The notes under the pieces: generated by a model
What the model was told of the DNA's origin: nothing
The model's database searches: none
The model's input: the letters and a program-made list of their open reading frames with translations, nothing else
Program-made: the position numbers and the translations under genes
In this document: positions 48,162 through 58,600 of the stretch, piece by piece
How the letters are laid out: each line of letters opens with the position of its first letter
Position numbering within the stretch: position 1 is the first letter of the stretch
IMG/VR virus record: IMGVR_UViG_3300023174_000039
Location: 124,001-188,000 of that record
DNA: 64,000 nt
Strand: one strand, 5' to 3'

Positions 48162-48938
48162 ATGACCGATCATTATGCCGCCTTAGGTGTGCCTCGAACT
48201 GCCAGTGCAGATGAAATTAAACGAGCATTTCGCAAGTTGGCCAGCCAGCACCATCCCGACAAAGGTGGAGACACTGCCAAGTTCCAGGCCATCCAGGCAG
48301 CCTATGCCACTATAGGTGATGAACAAAAACGTGCCGAGTATGATAACCCGCAACCACAGTTTGGTGGATTTGGCGGCGGGCATCCACAGTTCAACGATAT
48401 CTTTGCACAGATGTTTGGAGGTGGTGGGTTTCCAGGACAACAGCCACGCAGAAATCATGTGCGTATGACCTTGTATGTGAGTCTGTTGGACATAGCACAG
48501 GGTGGACGTAAACCCGTGAGCATAGGCACAGCACAAGGACAAAGCACCATTGAAATTGATATCCCATTGGGATTAAATGATGGAGACAATGTGCAGTACG
48601 CTGGGCTTGCACCTGGCGGACAGGATCTGGTGGTCACTTTCAGAACACGGCCAGACCCGGTATGGGAACGAGACGGACTTAATCTAACCAGAGAATACAC
48701 TGTGAGTGTTTGGGATCTAATCTTGGGCACAGATGTCGATGTGCAGAACATACTGGGACACACTCTGACAATTCGTGTGCCTGCTCGTTGCCAACCAGGT
48801 ACTGTGTTACGATGCCGCGGCCAAGGCATTAGAGATCGTCGTGGTATTCAGGGCGACATGTTTGTGAAACTACGAGCAACTATTCCGGATAACCTCCCAC
48901 TCGAATTACTGGAAGCAATAGAAAAATATCGGCAATAA
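48162..48938 (+). CDS. dnaJ: DnaJ-class chaperone (J domain plus C-terminal domain, no Zn finger)
   Basis: HHPDKGG motif, G/F-rich region and DnaJ_C domain. Confidence 0.9.
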   Translation: MTDHYAALGVPRTASADEIKRAFRKLASQHHPDKGGDTAKFQAIQAAYATIGDEQKRAEYDNPQPQFGGFGGGHPQFNDIFAQMFGGGGFPGQQPRRNHVRMTLYVSLLDIAQGGRKPVSIGTAQGQSTIEIDIPLGLNDGDNVQYAGLAPGGQDLVVTFRTRPDPVWERDGLNLTREYTVSVWDLILGTDVDVQNILGHTLTIRVPARCQPGTVLRCRGQGIRDRRGIQGDMFVKLRATIPDNLPLELLEAIEKYRQ

Positions 48939-49011
48939 ATATTTTCGTAATGGTTGCTTGTTGTTGATCAACACAGTATAATAACAATATAATTGGTAAA
49001 AAAGGAACTTG

Positions 49012-51273
49012 ATGCAGAACAATCCTGAAGTAGAACAAGTGGTTGAAACCGCTGTTAATTTGGCTAGAGAAAAACAGCACGAATACGTGCTGACCGAACA
49101 CCTGTTGCTGGGCATGTTACGACACATGCCATTTAGGCGAGTGGTTGAAAAGTTTGGTGCCGATGCTGACCTACTGGATATTGAATTAAATGTATACCTA
49201 GACAGTCAGGTCAACCTAGTTAGCAACGCCAAAGATGTCCAACCTCGCAAAACACAGGCGTTGGAACGTATCTTTAATCGTGCCAATGTGCAGGTGATGT
49301 TTACCGGTCGCAGAACCATGAATGTGATTGACATTTATCTGAGCATCATGGCCGAAACCAATAGTCATGCACATTACTTTTTGCTCAAGTACGGTATTCG
49401 CAAAGCAGAATTCATCGAGTTCTATCAAAAGAATCACCAGCCCGAGAGTGTGAAAATGAATGCCCAGCAGGCCACAGACATTCTGGAAGAGCATTGCACA
49501 AACATTTCAGCAATGGCAGCCAAGAATCAGTTAGAACCCTTGATTGGTCGCAGTCAAGAACTGGAGGACATGATCACTGTGTTGGCACGGCGCTTCAAGG
49601 CCAATGTGCTCATGGTAGGTGATCCTGGGGTGGGCAAAACTGCCATCATCGACGGACTTGCACAAGAGATACACAACAACTGTGTGCCCGAGTTCCTTAA
49701 AGGACACGAAGTATGGGGTCTTGAGATTGGGTCATTACTGGCAGGAAGCAAGTATCGCGGAGAGTTTGAAGAAAAGTTCAAGCAGGTTATTGCCGCACTA
49801 GAAGCCAAGAAGAACTGTATATTGTTTGTGGATGAAGCACACACCATGCGTGGCGCAGGATCATCGGGACAGAGCAACTTGGACTTTGCCAACATGCTGA
49901 AACCAGCAATTACCAAGGGCAACCTCAAAGTCATTGCATCAACCACTTGGGAAGAATACTACGAGAGTTTTGAAAAGGATCGTGCCTTGATGCGCAGATT
50001 CCACAGACTGTCAATTGATGAACCCAATGATGCAACCACAGAACAAATCCTCATTGGGCTGAGTCCACGACTAGAAAAGTTCCACAATGTCATGATTGAT
50101 ACAGAAGCCATGACAGCGGCTGTGGAACTGAGCGGACGTTACATTCATGACAAAAAGAATCCCGACAAATCAATTGACTTGTTGGATGGTGCTTGTGCTC
50201 GACAGCGTGTGCGGGATGCAGGACTGGTAACAGTTACCAAAGACATGATCATGGCGCAGGTCAGCAAGGTAGCAGGTGTGCCCATGGATCGCTTGCAGAA
50301 CGAGCGTAGCACAAACATTGTGGATCTTGAAAGCAATATCAAGCAGAAGCTCTACGGCCAAGATGCCGCTGTGGATTCAGTGCTAGAGCGTGTGTACATT
50401 AACTTTGCAGGCATTGGTGCAACAACTCGCCCTATGGCAAGTTTCCTGTTCTTGGGTCCAACAGGTACAGGCAAAACAGAACTGGCCAAACTGCTGAGTG
50501 AAAACTTGGACATGAAACTGCTCAAGTACGACATGAGTGAGTATCAAGAAAAGCACACAGTATCCAGCTTGATCGGTGCGCCGCCAGGTTATGTGGGCTT
50601 TGAGGATGGCAATGTAGGTGGCGGCAAGCTGATCAGTGATCTTACTAAAAACCCATTCTCGATTATCTTGTTTGATGAAATTGAAAAAGCACACCCTGAT
50701 GTTTCCAATATCCTGTTGCAGATGCTGGACGAAGGACACATCACAAGCTCTGCAGGCAAGCGTGTGGATGTCAAAAACACCATCATTATCCTGACTTCAA
50801 ATTTGGGTGCGCGAGACAACGAAAGCAATGCCATTGGTTTTGGATCACAGGAAAAGACCGGCAACGAAGACCGGGCAATGAAAGAGTTCTTCAAGCCTGA
50901 ACTGCGTAATCGTATTGATCAGATCTGTAGATTTAACAAGCTGGACCGGCTGGCCATCAAGAAGATTGTGATCAAGTTTGCAGATCAACTCAAAGCCAGT
51001 TTAGATGAAAAACACATTCGACTCACACTCAGTGAAGATGTCATAGACATGCTGGCCGACAAAGGCTACGATCCCAAGATGGGTGCTAGACCCTTGGCAC
51101 GCAAGATTGATGAATTGATCAAAGTACCTTTATCTAAGAAAATTCTATTTGATCGACTCGGCAACTGCGAAGTGTTTGTGACCATGCAAGGTGATTCAGT
51201 ACATTTTGAATCTGTTGCACACCTTGTGCCCGTGGTAGACAACGATGGCATTATCCGATTCCCAGATGTTTGA
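49012..51273 (+). CDS. clpA: ATP-dependent Clp protease ATP-binding subunit ClpA
   Basis: Clp N-domain; two AAA modules (GDPGVGKT, GPTGTGKT); LIGAPPGYVG; MGARPL. Confidence 0.92.
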   Translation: MQNNPEVEQVVETAVNLAREKQHEYVLTEHLLLGMLRHMPFRRVVEKFGADADLLDIELNVYLDSQVNLVSNAKDVQPRKTQALERIFNRANVQVMFTGRRTMNVIDIYLSIMAETNSHAHYFLLKYGIRKAEFIEFYQKNHQPESVKMNAQQATDILEEHCTNISAMAAKNQLEPLIGRSQELEDMITVLARRFKANVLMVGDPGVGKTAIIDGLAQEIHNNCVPEFLKGHEVWGLEIGSLLAGSKYRGEFEEKFKQVIAALEAKKNCILFVDEAHTMRGAGSSGQSNLDFANMLKPAITKGNLKVIASTTWEEYYESFEKDRALMRRFHRLSIDEPNDATTEQILIGLSPRLEKFHNVMIDTEAMTAAVELSGRYIHDKKNPDKSIDLLDGACARQRVRDAGLVTVTKDMIMAQVSKVAGVPMDRLQNERSTNIVDLESNIKQKLYGQDAAVDSVLERVYINFAGIGATTRPMASFLFLGPTGTGKTELAKLLSENLDMKLLKYDMSEYQEKHTVSSLIGAPPGYVGFEDGNVGGGKLISDLTKNPFSIILFDEIEKAHPDVSNILLQMLDEGHITSSAGKRVDVKNTIIILTSNLGARDNESNAIGFGSQEKTGNEDRAMKEFFKPELRNRIDQICRFNKLDRLAIKKIVIKFADQLKASLDEKHIRLTLSEDVIDMLADKGYDPKMGARPLARKIDELIKVPLSKKILFDRLGNCEVFVTMQGDSVHFESVAHLVPVVDNDGIIRFPDV

Positions 51274-51928
51274 TATTGACACAACAATAGACCAACGTAG
51301 CGAACCGTACTACAAGCAGTATCACCACTGCTTGATATGGTGGATCCCCGAAGGCAACATGATGCGCAAGTTGGATCACAAAAGTATTGACACCAATATT
51401 TTTTGGCGCAACAACTATCTACAGCATTGGCGTAGCACACATCAACGAACAAACATAACTGAACAAGATCAACTGCGACTACACGAGGTTTGTGATATGT
51501 TGCTGGCCGTAACCACCCCGTTTAAAAAAGTGGTATGTAACAACACAATGTGGCTGTATACCAATACGCCAGAAGATTTTGAGATAATTGTATCGCAACC
51601 AGGTACCAAACTGATCGAACGCAGACAAGCAGATGTATGTTTGCCCACTGACTGTGTGGTGCTGAATCGTCCTCGACACCGGTTTAGAACCTACTTCCGT
51701 GAACGTTTTGTAGACGAGTCACAACGCAAAATAATAACAAAATACTTTGTGACACGGCCTGAGCAATATCGTCCAGGGCCAGGATTCAAGCAGTTCTTGC
51801 GTGGTGCACGTATGTGGATTCCGGCAAACTATTTTGTAGATCATGATGATGAACAGGATGCACTGCTTATAAACATAGCATGCCCGCAACTGGTTAGAAA
51901 AACTCTACCGATACAGGCTCGTAACTAA
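51245..51928 (+). CDS. hypothetical phage protein
   Basis: 227 aa. Confidence 0.7.
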   Translation: MALSDSQMFDIDTTIDQRSEPYYKQYHHCLIWWIPEGNMMRKLDHKSIDTNIFWRNNYLQHWRSTHQRTNITEQDQLRLHEVCDMLLAVTTPFKKVVCNNTMWLYTNTPEDFEIIVSQPGTKLIERRQADVCLPTDCVVLNRPRHRFRTYFRERFVDESQRKIITKYFVTRPEQYRPGPGFKQFLRGARMWIPANYFVDHDDEQDALLINIACPQLVRKTLPIQARN

Positions 51929-51938
51929 ATACAACACT

Positions 51939-52106
51939 ATGGCAAAAATACACGAAGAAGTAGTTGTGATCAAACTCTCAAAATTGGTCAAAGACAGCGA
52001 TCCTGGTACTGATATTGCAACCGCTGACATTGTGGCTGCATTGCAAAGCGTGGCTGAAGAATTGGCAGGTGTGGGCGTGATTGTAGAAGCAGAACGAGCA
52101 CAATGA
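51939..52106 (+). CDS. small late protein (55 aa)
   Basis: Begins MAKIHEEVVVIKLSKLVKD; TAAATA upstream; ATGA overlap downstream. Confidence 0.7.
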   Translation: MAKIHEEVVVIKLSKLVKDSDPGTDIATADIVAALQSVAEELAGVGVIVEAERAQ

Positions 52107-52471
52107 CCGTTACTACCCAGTCGATCTTGACCAACGTTGTGTACAGTGAGCCGTCGGGCAACTATGACGGCAGTAGTCAAGACTGGGTCAGTGATGCTGT
52201 GCGAGCCGCAAACTACTATCGCGGACAAGGAAATTTACAAACAGTCACTTTCAGTGTGACTGATTTTGAAGGCATCTTGTATGCAGAAGCAACACTTGAT
52301 GCTGATGCACAAACAGCCACATGGTTTACCACTTACACATATGGAGACGGATCAACCACCCCATTGAGTGATTATCACCCGGCAACTATCACAGGAAACT
52401 TCACATGGATGCGAATGCGTGTTGAAGGTTTTTCAGGTGGTACAATAAATTCTGTCACCATTACCTATTAA
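52103..52471 (+). CDS. hypothetical beta-rich, probably structural, protein
   Basis: 122 aa; contains GNFTWMR. Confidence 0.7.
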   Translation: MTVTTQSILTNVVYSEPSGNYDGSSQDWVSDAVRAANYYRGQGNLQTVTFSVTDFEGILYAEATLDADAQTATWFTTYTYGDGSTTPLSDYHPATITGNFTWMRMRVEGFSGGTINSVTITY

Positions 52472-52485
52472 TTTTAAGGATTATC

Positions 52486-52923
52486 ATGAGCAATTTTACA
52501 ACCATTTCTGGATCAATAGATTCCAACGACAAACAAGTACCGTTAGGTACAGAAGTTTGGATTGATGATACTTGTATCATCAATGTAGAACATGTGGATC
52601 AGATCATACATTTTTCACATGAACTAACAGACGAAGATGGTGAACACGAGCTTCGTATTGTGATGAAAAACAAGACCTCAGAGCATACAGATGTGAATGA
52701 AGACGGTAAAATTGTACGAGATGCAAGATTAATCATCAATGATATCAAATTTGATGAGGTTAAATTAACTTACAATCAACTGATAAAAATCATCTACAAA
52801 CATGATTTTAATGGCAGTGCAGAAGAAATAGAAGACCAATTTTATGAAGAGTTAGGTTGCAATGGCACCGCTAGTTTGAAGTTCACTACACCTACATATC
52901 TTTGGTTGCTAGAAAATCAGTAA
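52486..52923 (+). CDS. hypothetical phage protein
   Basis: 145 aa; ends FTTPTYLWLLEN. Confidence 0.7.
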   Translation: MSNFTTISGSIDSNDKQVPLGTEVWIDDTCIINVEHVDQIIHFSHELTDEDGEHELRIVMKNKTSEHTDVNEDGKIVRDARLIINDIKFDEVKLTYNQLIKIIYKHDFNGSAEEIEDQFYEELGCNGTASLKFTTPTYLWLLENQ

Positions 52924-52938
52924 TACTAAATACTAGCT

Positions 52939-54738
52939 ATGAAACAGCTAGTAATCATGCCCGGGGGATTCCACCCCTTTCATGCGGGACACGCCGCTCT
53001 TTATCAATCTGCCGTTGAAGCATTTCCCGGTGCTGATGTATATGTGGCTGCCACCAACGATACCAGCACACGCCCTTTTCCGTTTCCTGTCAAAGAAAAA
53101 CTAGCACAATTGGCCGGGGTTCCCAAAGGCCGATTCATGCAGGTTAAATCGCCTTTTCGAGCAGAAGAAATCACAGCACCTTACGATCCCAACAACACAC
53201 AGTTGATCTTTGTGCGTTCAGATAAAGACGCAGGATCACAACCTCGTCCAGGTGGCAACAAAAAAGACGGATCACCTGCATACCTACAACCATATGATGA
53301 TGCCAGTGATCTGCCCATGAGTCAACATGCTTACATGGCCTACTTGCCTACTGTGGAGTTCGGACCTGGCATGACATCAGCCACAGAGATTCGCAGTGCA
53401 TGGCCCCGGCTAAATGAAAAACGCAAAACAGCTCTGGTCATGAGCCTGTATCCCAAGGCACAGACTAATCCCAAGCTGGCAGCCACAGTGGTTAAACTGT
53501 TGGACACAGCTATGGGCGCAGAACTAAATGAGTTTGCGTCTGCAGGCATTGACGACGGTAATGATAGTGACGATGAGAAAACATATCTGTTACAGCTGGC
53601 AGAAGATCTCAGTGAAGCCATGTACGGTCCCAATAAAAACAAACAAGCAATAGAAAATATAATGGCCAAGATCCGTGCTGTGGGAGGCGATGTAAAGATA
53701 ACATGGAATCCTGACGGCACATTTAATGTGGCAATGTATCATCCGGTACACTTCAAGCAAGGCTATCTAATTAGACTGGTTGGCCGGGGCAATCAAGGCC
53801 TGGACGAAAATACAGCGCCAAACCCACGTGTGAATTTAACCCCTAACTTTCCCAACTACGCTACCTTAATTGGAGAGTTTGTTGGCATTAAAAAGAATCG
53901 TGCGCTGTTTCGTATCATTGCCGCAGAGCTCCGGCCAGGACAAGGTGAAACTGAAAAGATCTTTCGAGCCATGAGTACCAACACTCCCATTGGCATTGAG
54001 ATTGGCAAAGTAAAAAATCGTGCTGTAGTAGAAAATGTAGGCAAAGAATTTATATTGTATATCAATGGTAAACCTGCTGCCAAGTATGTGGACCAACAAC
54101 AGGCCATACTAGACATGGCCGCGGTAAGAAAGAAATATCCTGCCGCTAGACTAGAACTCAAACACGAAGTGTGTGACATGCAAACTGTGAAACAAATCAA
54201 CGAAGGCGGCAGCATACTAGAAGCACTCAAGCCGGATGCGTTTGCTGTCTTGCAAAAAGCCAAACAAAACATAAAACAAAATCGTCAGCAAGAGCAACAG
54301 GCCAAACAACAGATTGAACCGGAACGTCAGCAAGAAGTTGATCAATGGGCACAAGACTTCCGGGCCAACAGTGCAAAATTAGCAGGACGTCAGCTGAAAC
54401 AAAGATTTGCCGCGCCTCCACCGGCTCCAATCCCTGTGGCTAAACCGGGTGAGGGATATTACGCATTAAAAGATAGATTGGCACAGTTAGATATTGCCAA
54501 ACAAAAGTTTGAAGAATTTAACAAATTGATTGCGTCAATTAAAAAGAAATATCCTTTAGTGGCAGACACGCTAGATCAACTGGAAAACAGTTTGTTACAA
54601 GATGTCAAGGACGGTGCCGCAGATAATTACGCATCTCTACTGACTAAATTAAACAAGTACAAAAATGCGTTGACAACCAGGTTTCCTGGCATAGTCAAAG
54701 AAGACCCCGATTACATCGAAGAAGGTCGCAAAATTTAA
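52939..54738 (+). CDS. HxGH cytidylyl/adenylyltransferase-like domain fused to several modules
   Basis: PGGFHPFHAGH and SATEIR; linkers LNEFAS, QGLDE, VVE and INE. Confidence 0.75.
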   Translation: MKQLVIMPGGFHPFHAGHAALYQSAVEAFPGADVYVAATNDTSTRPFPFPVKEKLAQLAGVPKGRFMQVKSPFRAEEITAPYDPNNTQLIFVRSDKDAGSQPRPGGNKKDGSPAYLQPYDDASDLPMSQHAYMAYLPTVEFGPGMTSATEIRSAWPRLNEKRKTALVMSLYPKAQTNPKLAATVVKLLDTAMGAELNEFASAGIDDGNDSDDEKTYLLQLAEDLSEAMYGPNKNKQAIENIMAKIRAVGGDVKITWNPDGTFNVAMYHPVHFKQGYLIRLVGRGNQGLDENTAPNPRVNLTPNFPNYATLIGEFVGIKKNRALFRIIAAELRPGQGETEKIFRAMSTNTPIGIEIGKVKNRAVVENVGKEFILYINGKPAAKYVDQQQAILDMAAVRKKYPAARLELKHEVCDMQTVKQINEGGSILEALKPDAFAVLQKAKQNIKQNRQQEQQAKQQIEPERQQEVDQWAQDFRANSAKLAGRQLKQRFAAPPPAPIPVAKPGEGYYALKDRLAQLDIAKQKFEEFNKLIASIKKKYPLVADTLDQLENSLLQDVKDGAADNYASLLTKLNKYKNALTTRFPGIVKEDPDYIEEGRKI

Positions 54739-54789
54739 CGCTGTCTGCTATACTCTGTAAATACTAGCATATTTTTAACGGAGAACCCA

Positions 54790-55677
54790 ATGGCTGAACA
54801 GCAAATACAAGTCAATATTGACTACCTAAGAACTACCCGAGTGCATATCTGTATGCCATGTTACGGCGGGCAGTTAACTGAATCCACATTCATGAGCTTT
54901 ATCAAATGGGCCAACACATGCCGCCAACTAGGCATCGACTGGACTGTGGAAACAATGACCAATGAAAGTTTGATTTCACGTGCTCGTAACACACTCACAG
55001 CCAAGTTCTTGAACACAGAAGGTTCCACTCACCTGATGTTTATTGATGCTGACATTGGCTGGGAACCTTGGCATTTGTTGGCATTGTTAAATGCCGACAA
55101 AGATGTCATTGGTGGCTTGTACCCAATGAAATCCCTGCCAGTCAAATGGTGTGTGAATGGCATTCCTGGTGCAGACGAAAATGATCCCAGCGGCCTGGTA
55201 GAAGTCACCAAAACAGGCACAGGTTTCTTGTTGATGAAACGCCATGTGTTTGAAAAGCTCAATCAGCACCCTGCTGTGAAGCCATTTACCAACGACATTG
55301 GACTTGACCCTGCACTCAACGTACACATGAAAACCTACTTTGACACAGCCGTGCGCGAAGGACGTTACTACTCTGAAGACTGGACATTCTGTGAAAACTG
55401 GCGTGATCTAGGCGGACAGATCTTTGTGGACAAACGTGTGTTGCTCAAGCACACAGGTACCTATGTGTTTGACTTTGGTACACACGAAAAACTCTATCAC
55501 GATCTTGCAGAGATGTACAACAACGGTGGGTTGCCCACAACTATGCCACAATCTTTGCCAGCACCTGTTGTTGACCCAACTCCGCATCAGCTGGCAGCGG
55601 CACCTGCACCAGTGGCAGAAGCCAAAGTTATGGCAACAAGCAAGGCCAAATCCAAGAAAACATCTAAAGCAGCCTGA
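54790..55677 (+). CDS. GT-A-fold glycosyltransferase-like protein
   Basis: ISRARN, LMFIDADI (DxD) and SEDWTFC motifs. Confidence 0.75.
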   Translation: MAEQQIQVNIDYLRTTRVHICMPCYGGQLTESTFMSFIKWANTCRQLGIDWTVETMTNESLISRARNTLTAKFLNTEGSTHLMFIDADIGWEPWHLLALLNADKDVIGGLYPMKSLPVKWCVNGIPGADENDPSGLVEVTKTGTGFLLMKRHVFEKLNQHPAVKPFTNDIGLDPALNVHMKTYFDTAVREGRYYSEDWTFCENWRDLGGQIFVDKRVLLKHTGTYVFDFGTHEKLYHDLAEMYNNGGLPTTMPQSLPAPVVDPTPHQLAAAPAPVAEAKVMATSKAKSKKTSKAA

Positions 55678-55694
55678 CGGTAAATATAGTTCGT

Positions 55695-58600
55695 ATGAAC
55701 ATCAACGAACTAGATTCCTATAACCTTGCCGATGCTGTTAAGTTTAATGAAGAACTTAACCCACGCATCTGGCAAGGTTCTCGCATGCGCCCAGAAGTGC
55801 GCCGAAAATTACTGGCCATTGCTCGAGATTTTAAACAAAGTCTAGGACTCAGTGACCTAGAAGTCAAAGACATCACACTCAGCGGAAGCAACGCTGGTTA
55901 CACATATACCCCGCACTCGGATATTGACCTACACCTTGTGGTAGATGTTCCACAAGCAGAAACTGACGAAGTGTATCGTGAGTTGTTCAATGCCAAAAAG
56001 TACCAATATAATGATGAGCACAACTTGGCCATTGGCGGCTATCCTGTTGAGTTGTATGTTCAGCCGGCCAATCAAACACATCACTCACAAGGAATCTATT
56101 CAGTATTAAACAACGACTGGACTGCTATTCCTCGCAAGCGAGAAAGCACAGTGAATGACGGTGCTGTAAAAAGCAAGTACGAACTCATGAAGCATCGTAT
56201 TAACTCTGCCATCAACAGCGGCAACATCAAACAGTTGACCAAAACTGCCGCACGTATCAAACAAATGCGGCAAGCAGGTCTAGACAAAAACGGTGAACTG
56301 GGTCCTGAGAATCTGGCCTACAAAATGTTGCGTACACAAGGGCTGATTGAAAAGTTGTACACTGCTCGCACCGCGGCCAAAGATCGGCTGCTGAGTCTAC
56401 AAGAGCAACCTGTGGCAGAACACGTAACGTACGGTTTTGCAGAAGATGCAACCATATCTCCTTACGGTGTTAGTCCCACGACACAGATGTTTCTAAATGA
56501 AACAGGTGACAGTGAACAAACTGTACATGATTTTATTTCTCATACCGCTGAACAACTGGGCATTGAAAACATGCCGCATATTGAATTGCACACAGACCCT
56601 GAATGGTCAGAACGTGAACACAGCTTTGGTCGTTACACTCCTGAAACACATACCTTGGAAGTGAACTTGGCCAATCGTCACATCATGGACATCCTGCGTA
56701 CCACAGCACACGAACTGGTACATTGCAGACAACATGAACTATCTCCACTGCCCAACGAAGCAGGAGAAACTGGCAGTCGTTGGGAAAACGAAGCACATGC
56801 CAAAGCTGGGGTGATCATGCGTGACTATGCTGATGCCAATCCTGAAAAGTTTGGCGAACATGCCCTGGCAGAAGCATCAGGATATATTCCCACTAGGGCG
56901 CAGGTTCGAGATCCACGTTTCAGTACTGCACTTACTGTGGATGTGCATCCAGGGCAAACAGGCAAGGAAGCCAACAAGATGGCTTTGCAAACAGATGCAC
57001 AAGGTCGTCCTGCCTTGTTGACGAAGGGGCTGGCAAATCAACTGCACGAAGAGTTTGCACAGTTTGATGAGTCAACTGCGCTATTTGAAATCAAAATGAC
57101 CGGCAAGAACCTGCGAGCCGAAGCTGCCAAAACAGGTGCCATTGCCGGCATGGAATTTGAAATGATTGTGCCCAACATGGAGGGCGACCCTGACGATGAT
57201 CAGGAAATGGAGCCTGATTGGGAATATGATGAAAGTGTTATTAGTATTGATGATGCATGTAACTTCTTTGAAAACGGTGAGGGCAACACCAGTGGTGACA
57301 TTAGACGCCTGCGTGAACGCATGCAAAACTATTATTACGATTGGTTAGATGAGCAGTTTGACAGTCGCTGGGACGGCGATGAGTTAGAGTTTATTTACAA
57401 CTACATTAAAGAAAATGCCAGCGCAGAAGAAATTGCAGAAATATTGGGCACAGAACCCAACGAAGATGGTGAGTATCCTGACCCAGGTAAACAAGATTAT
57501 CTTGATGCCGCAAACAAAATTAGCGAACAAGGCTACGACAACCAATGGTATAGTCAAGCACGTGAAGACGCACAAGAAGATTATAACAGAAATGCTGACC
57601 AAGAACGAGAATGGCTAGCAGACCAAGACATCAACACCATGAAGGATGTGATGGACACGTTTGGCAATGTCAATTGGCCTTACTACTATAATTCCAATGT
57701 CGGTGGTGATAGAAGTATAGATGATGTGGCTAATGATTTCCAAGACGCAATAGGCCGTGATGTTCAAGCTAGCACTAGATATCACTCAGGGAGTGTGGAT
57801 AGACCCAGCCCAAGTTCACATCATTATGTGGTCGAGCCCGACGGCAGTTTAGATGGCGACAACTACGGGGACCGAGGCCTGGAGTTTGTGAGCCCACCAT
57901 TGCCCATTGATGTAATCCTTAATGATCTAAGCAAAGTCAAACGCTGGGCAGACAGCTATGGTTGCTACACTAACGATTCAACTGGATTGCACATCAATAT
58001 TTCAGTGCCTGAATACAACAGAGACAAGCTGGACTTTGTAAAGTTGGCTATCCTGATGGGCGACGAACATGTGTCCGACAGCTTTGGACGATTAGGTGCA
58101 TACTACGCAAAAAGTGCTATGGCTGCAATTCGCGACAATGTTCGCAGTCGCCCTGAGGCCGTGACAGATGCCCTGGAAAAAATGCGAACACACATGAATA
58201 CAGCGGCATCAAAAGCTATTCATGCCGGTGTGACTCAGAAATTTACCAGTATCAACGTCAAAGACGGCCACATTGAATTTCGCTCACCTGGCGGTGATTG
58301 GTTGGGCGAGAACTTTGACAAGATTGAAAACACCCTGTTGCGTTTCACAGTGGCCATGAGTGCTGCCTTAAACCCAGAAATGTATCGCGAAGAATACCTG
58401 AAGAAACTGTACAAGTTATTGACTCCGGAAGGACAGAAAGACGAGTACGGAGACATGATCGAAGAGTTCTCCAAGTACATGGTATCACTGCAAGGCAGTG
58501 GTGCAGAAGCGAGTGGCAAGTTGAGCAAAGAAACACAGCAGGCCATCAAGGACTTTAGAACAGCGGCCAGCAAAGAACTAAAACAAAAAAATCTGGCCAA

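Noticed and set aside
48162-51273. DnaJ and ClpA (with NadE, IF-1, Dps) as evidence of a bacterial chromosome
   Set aside because: They are interspersed with phage structural, lysis and clamp-loader genes and T4-like late promoters, so they are phage-carried host-like genes.
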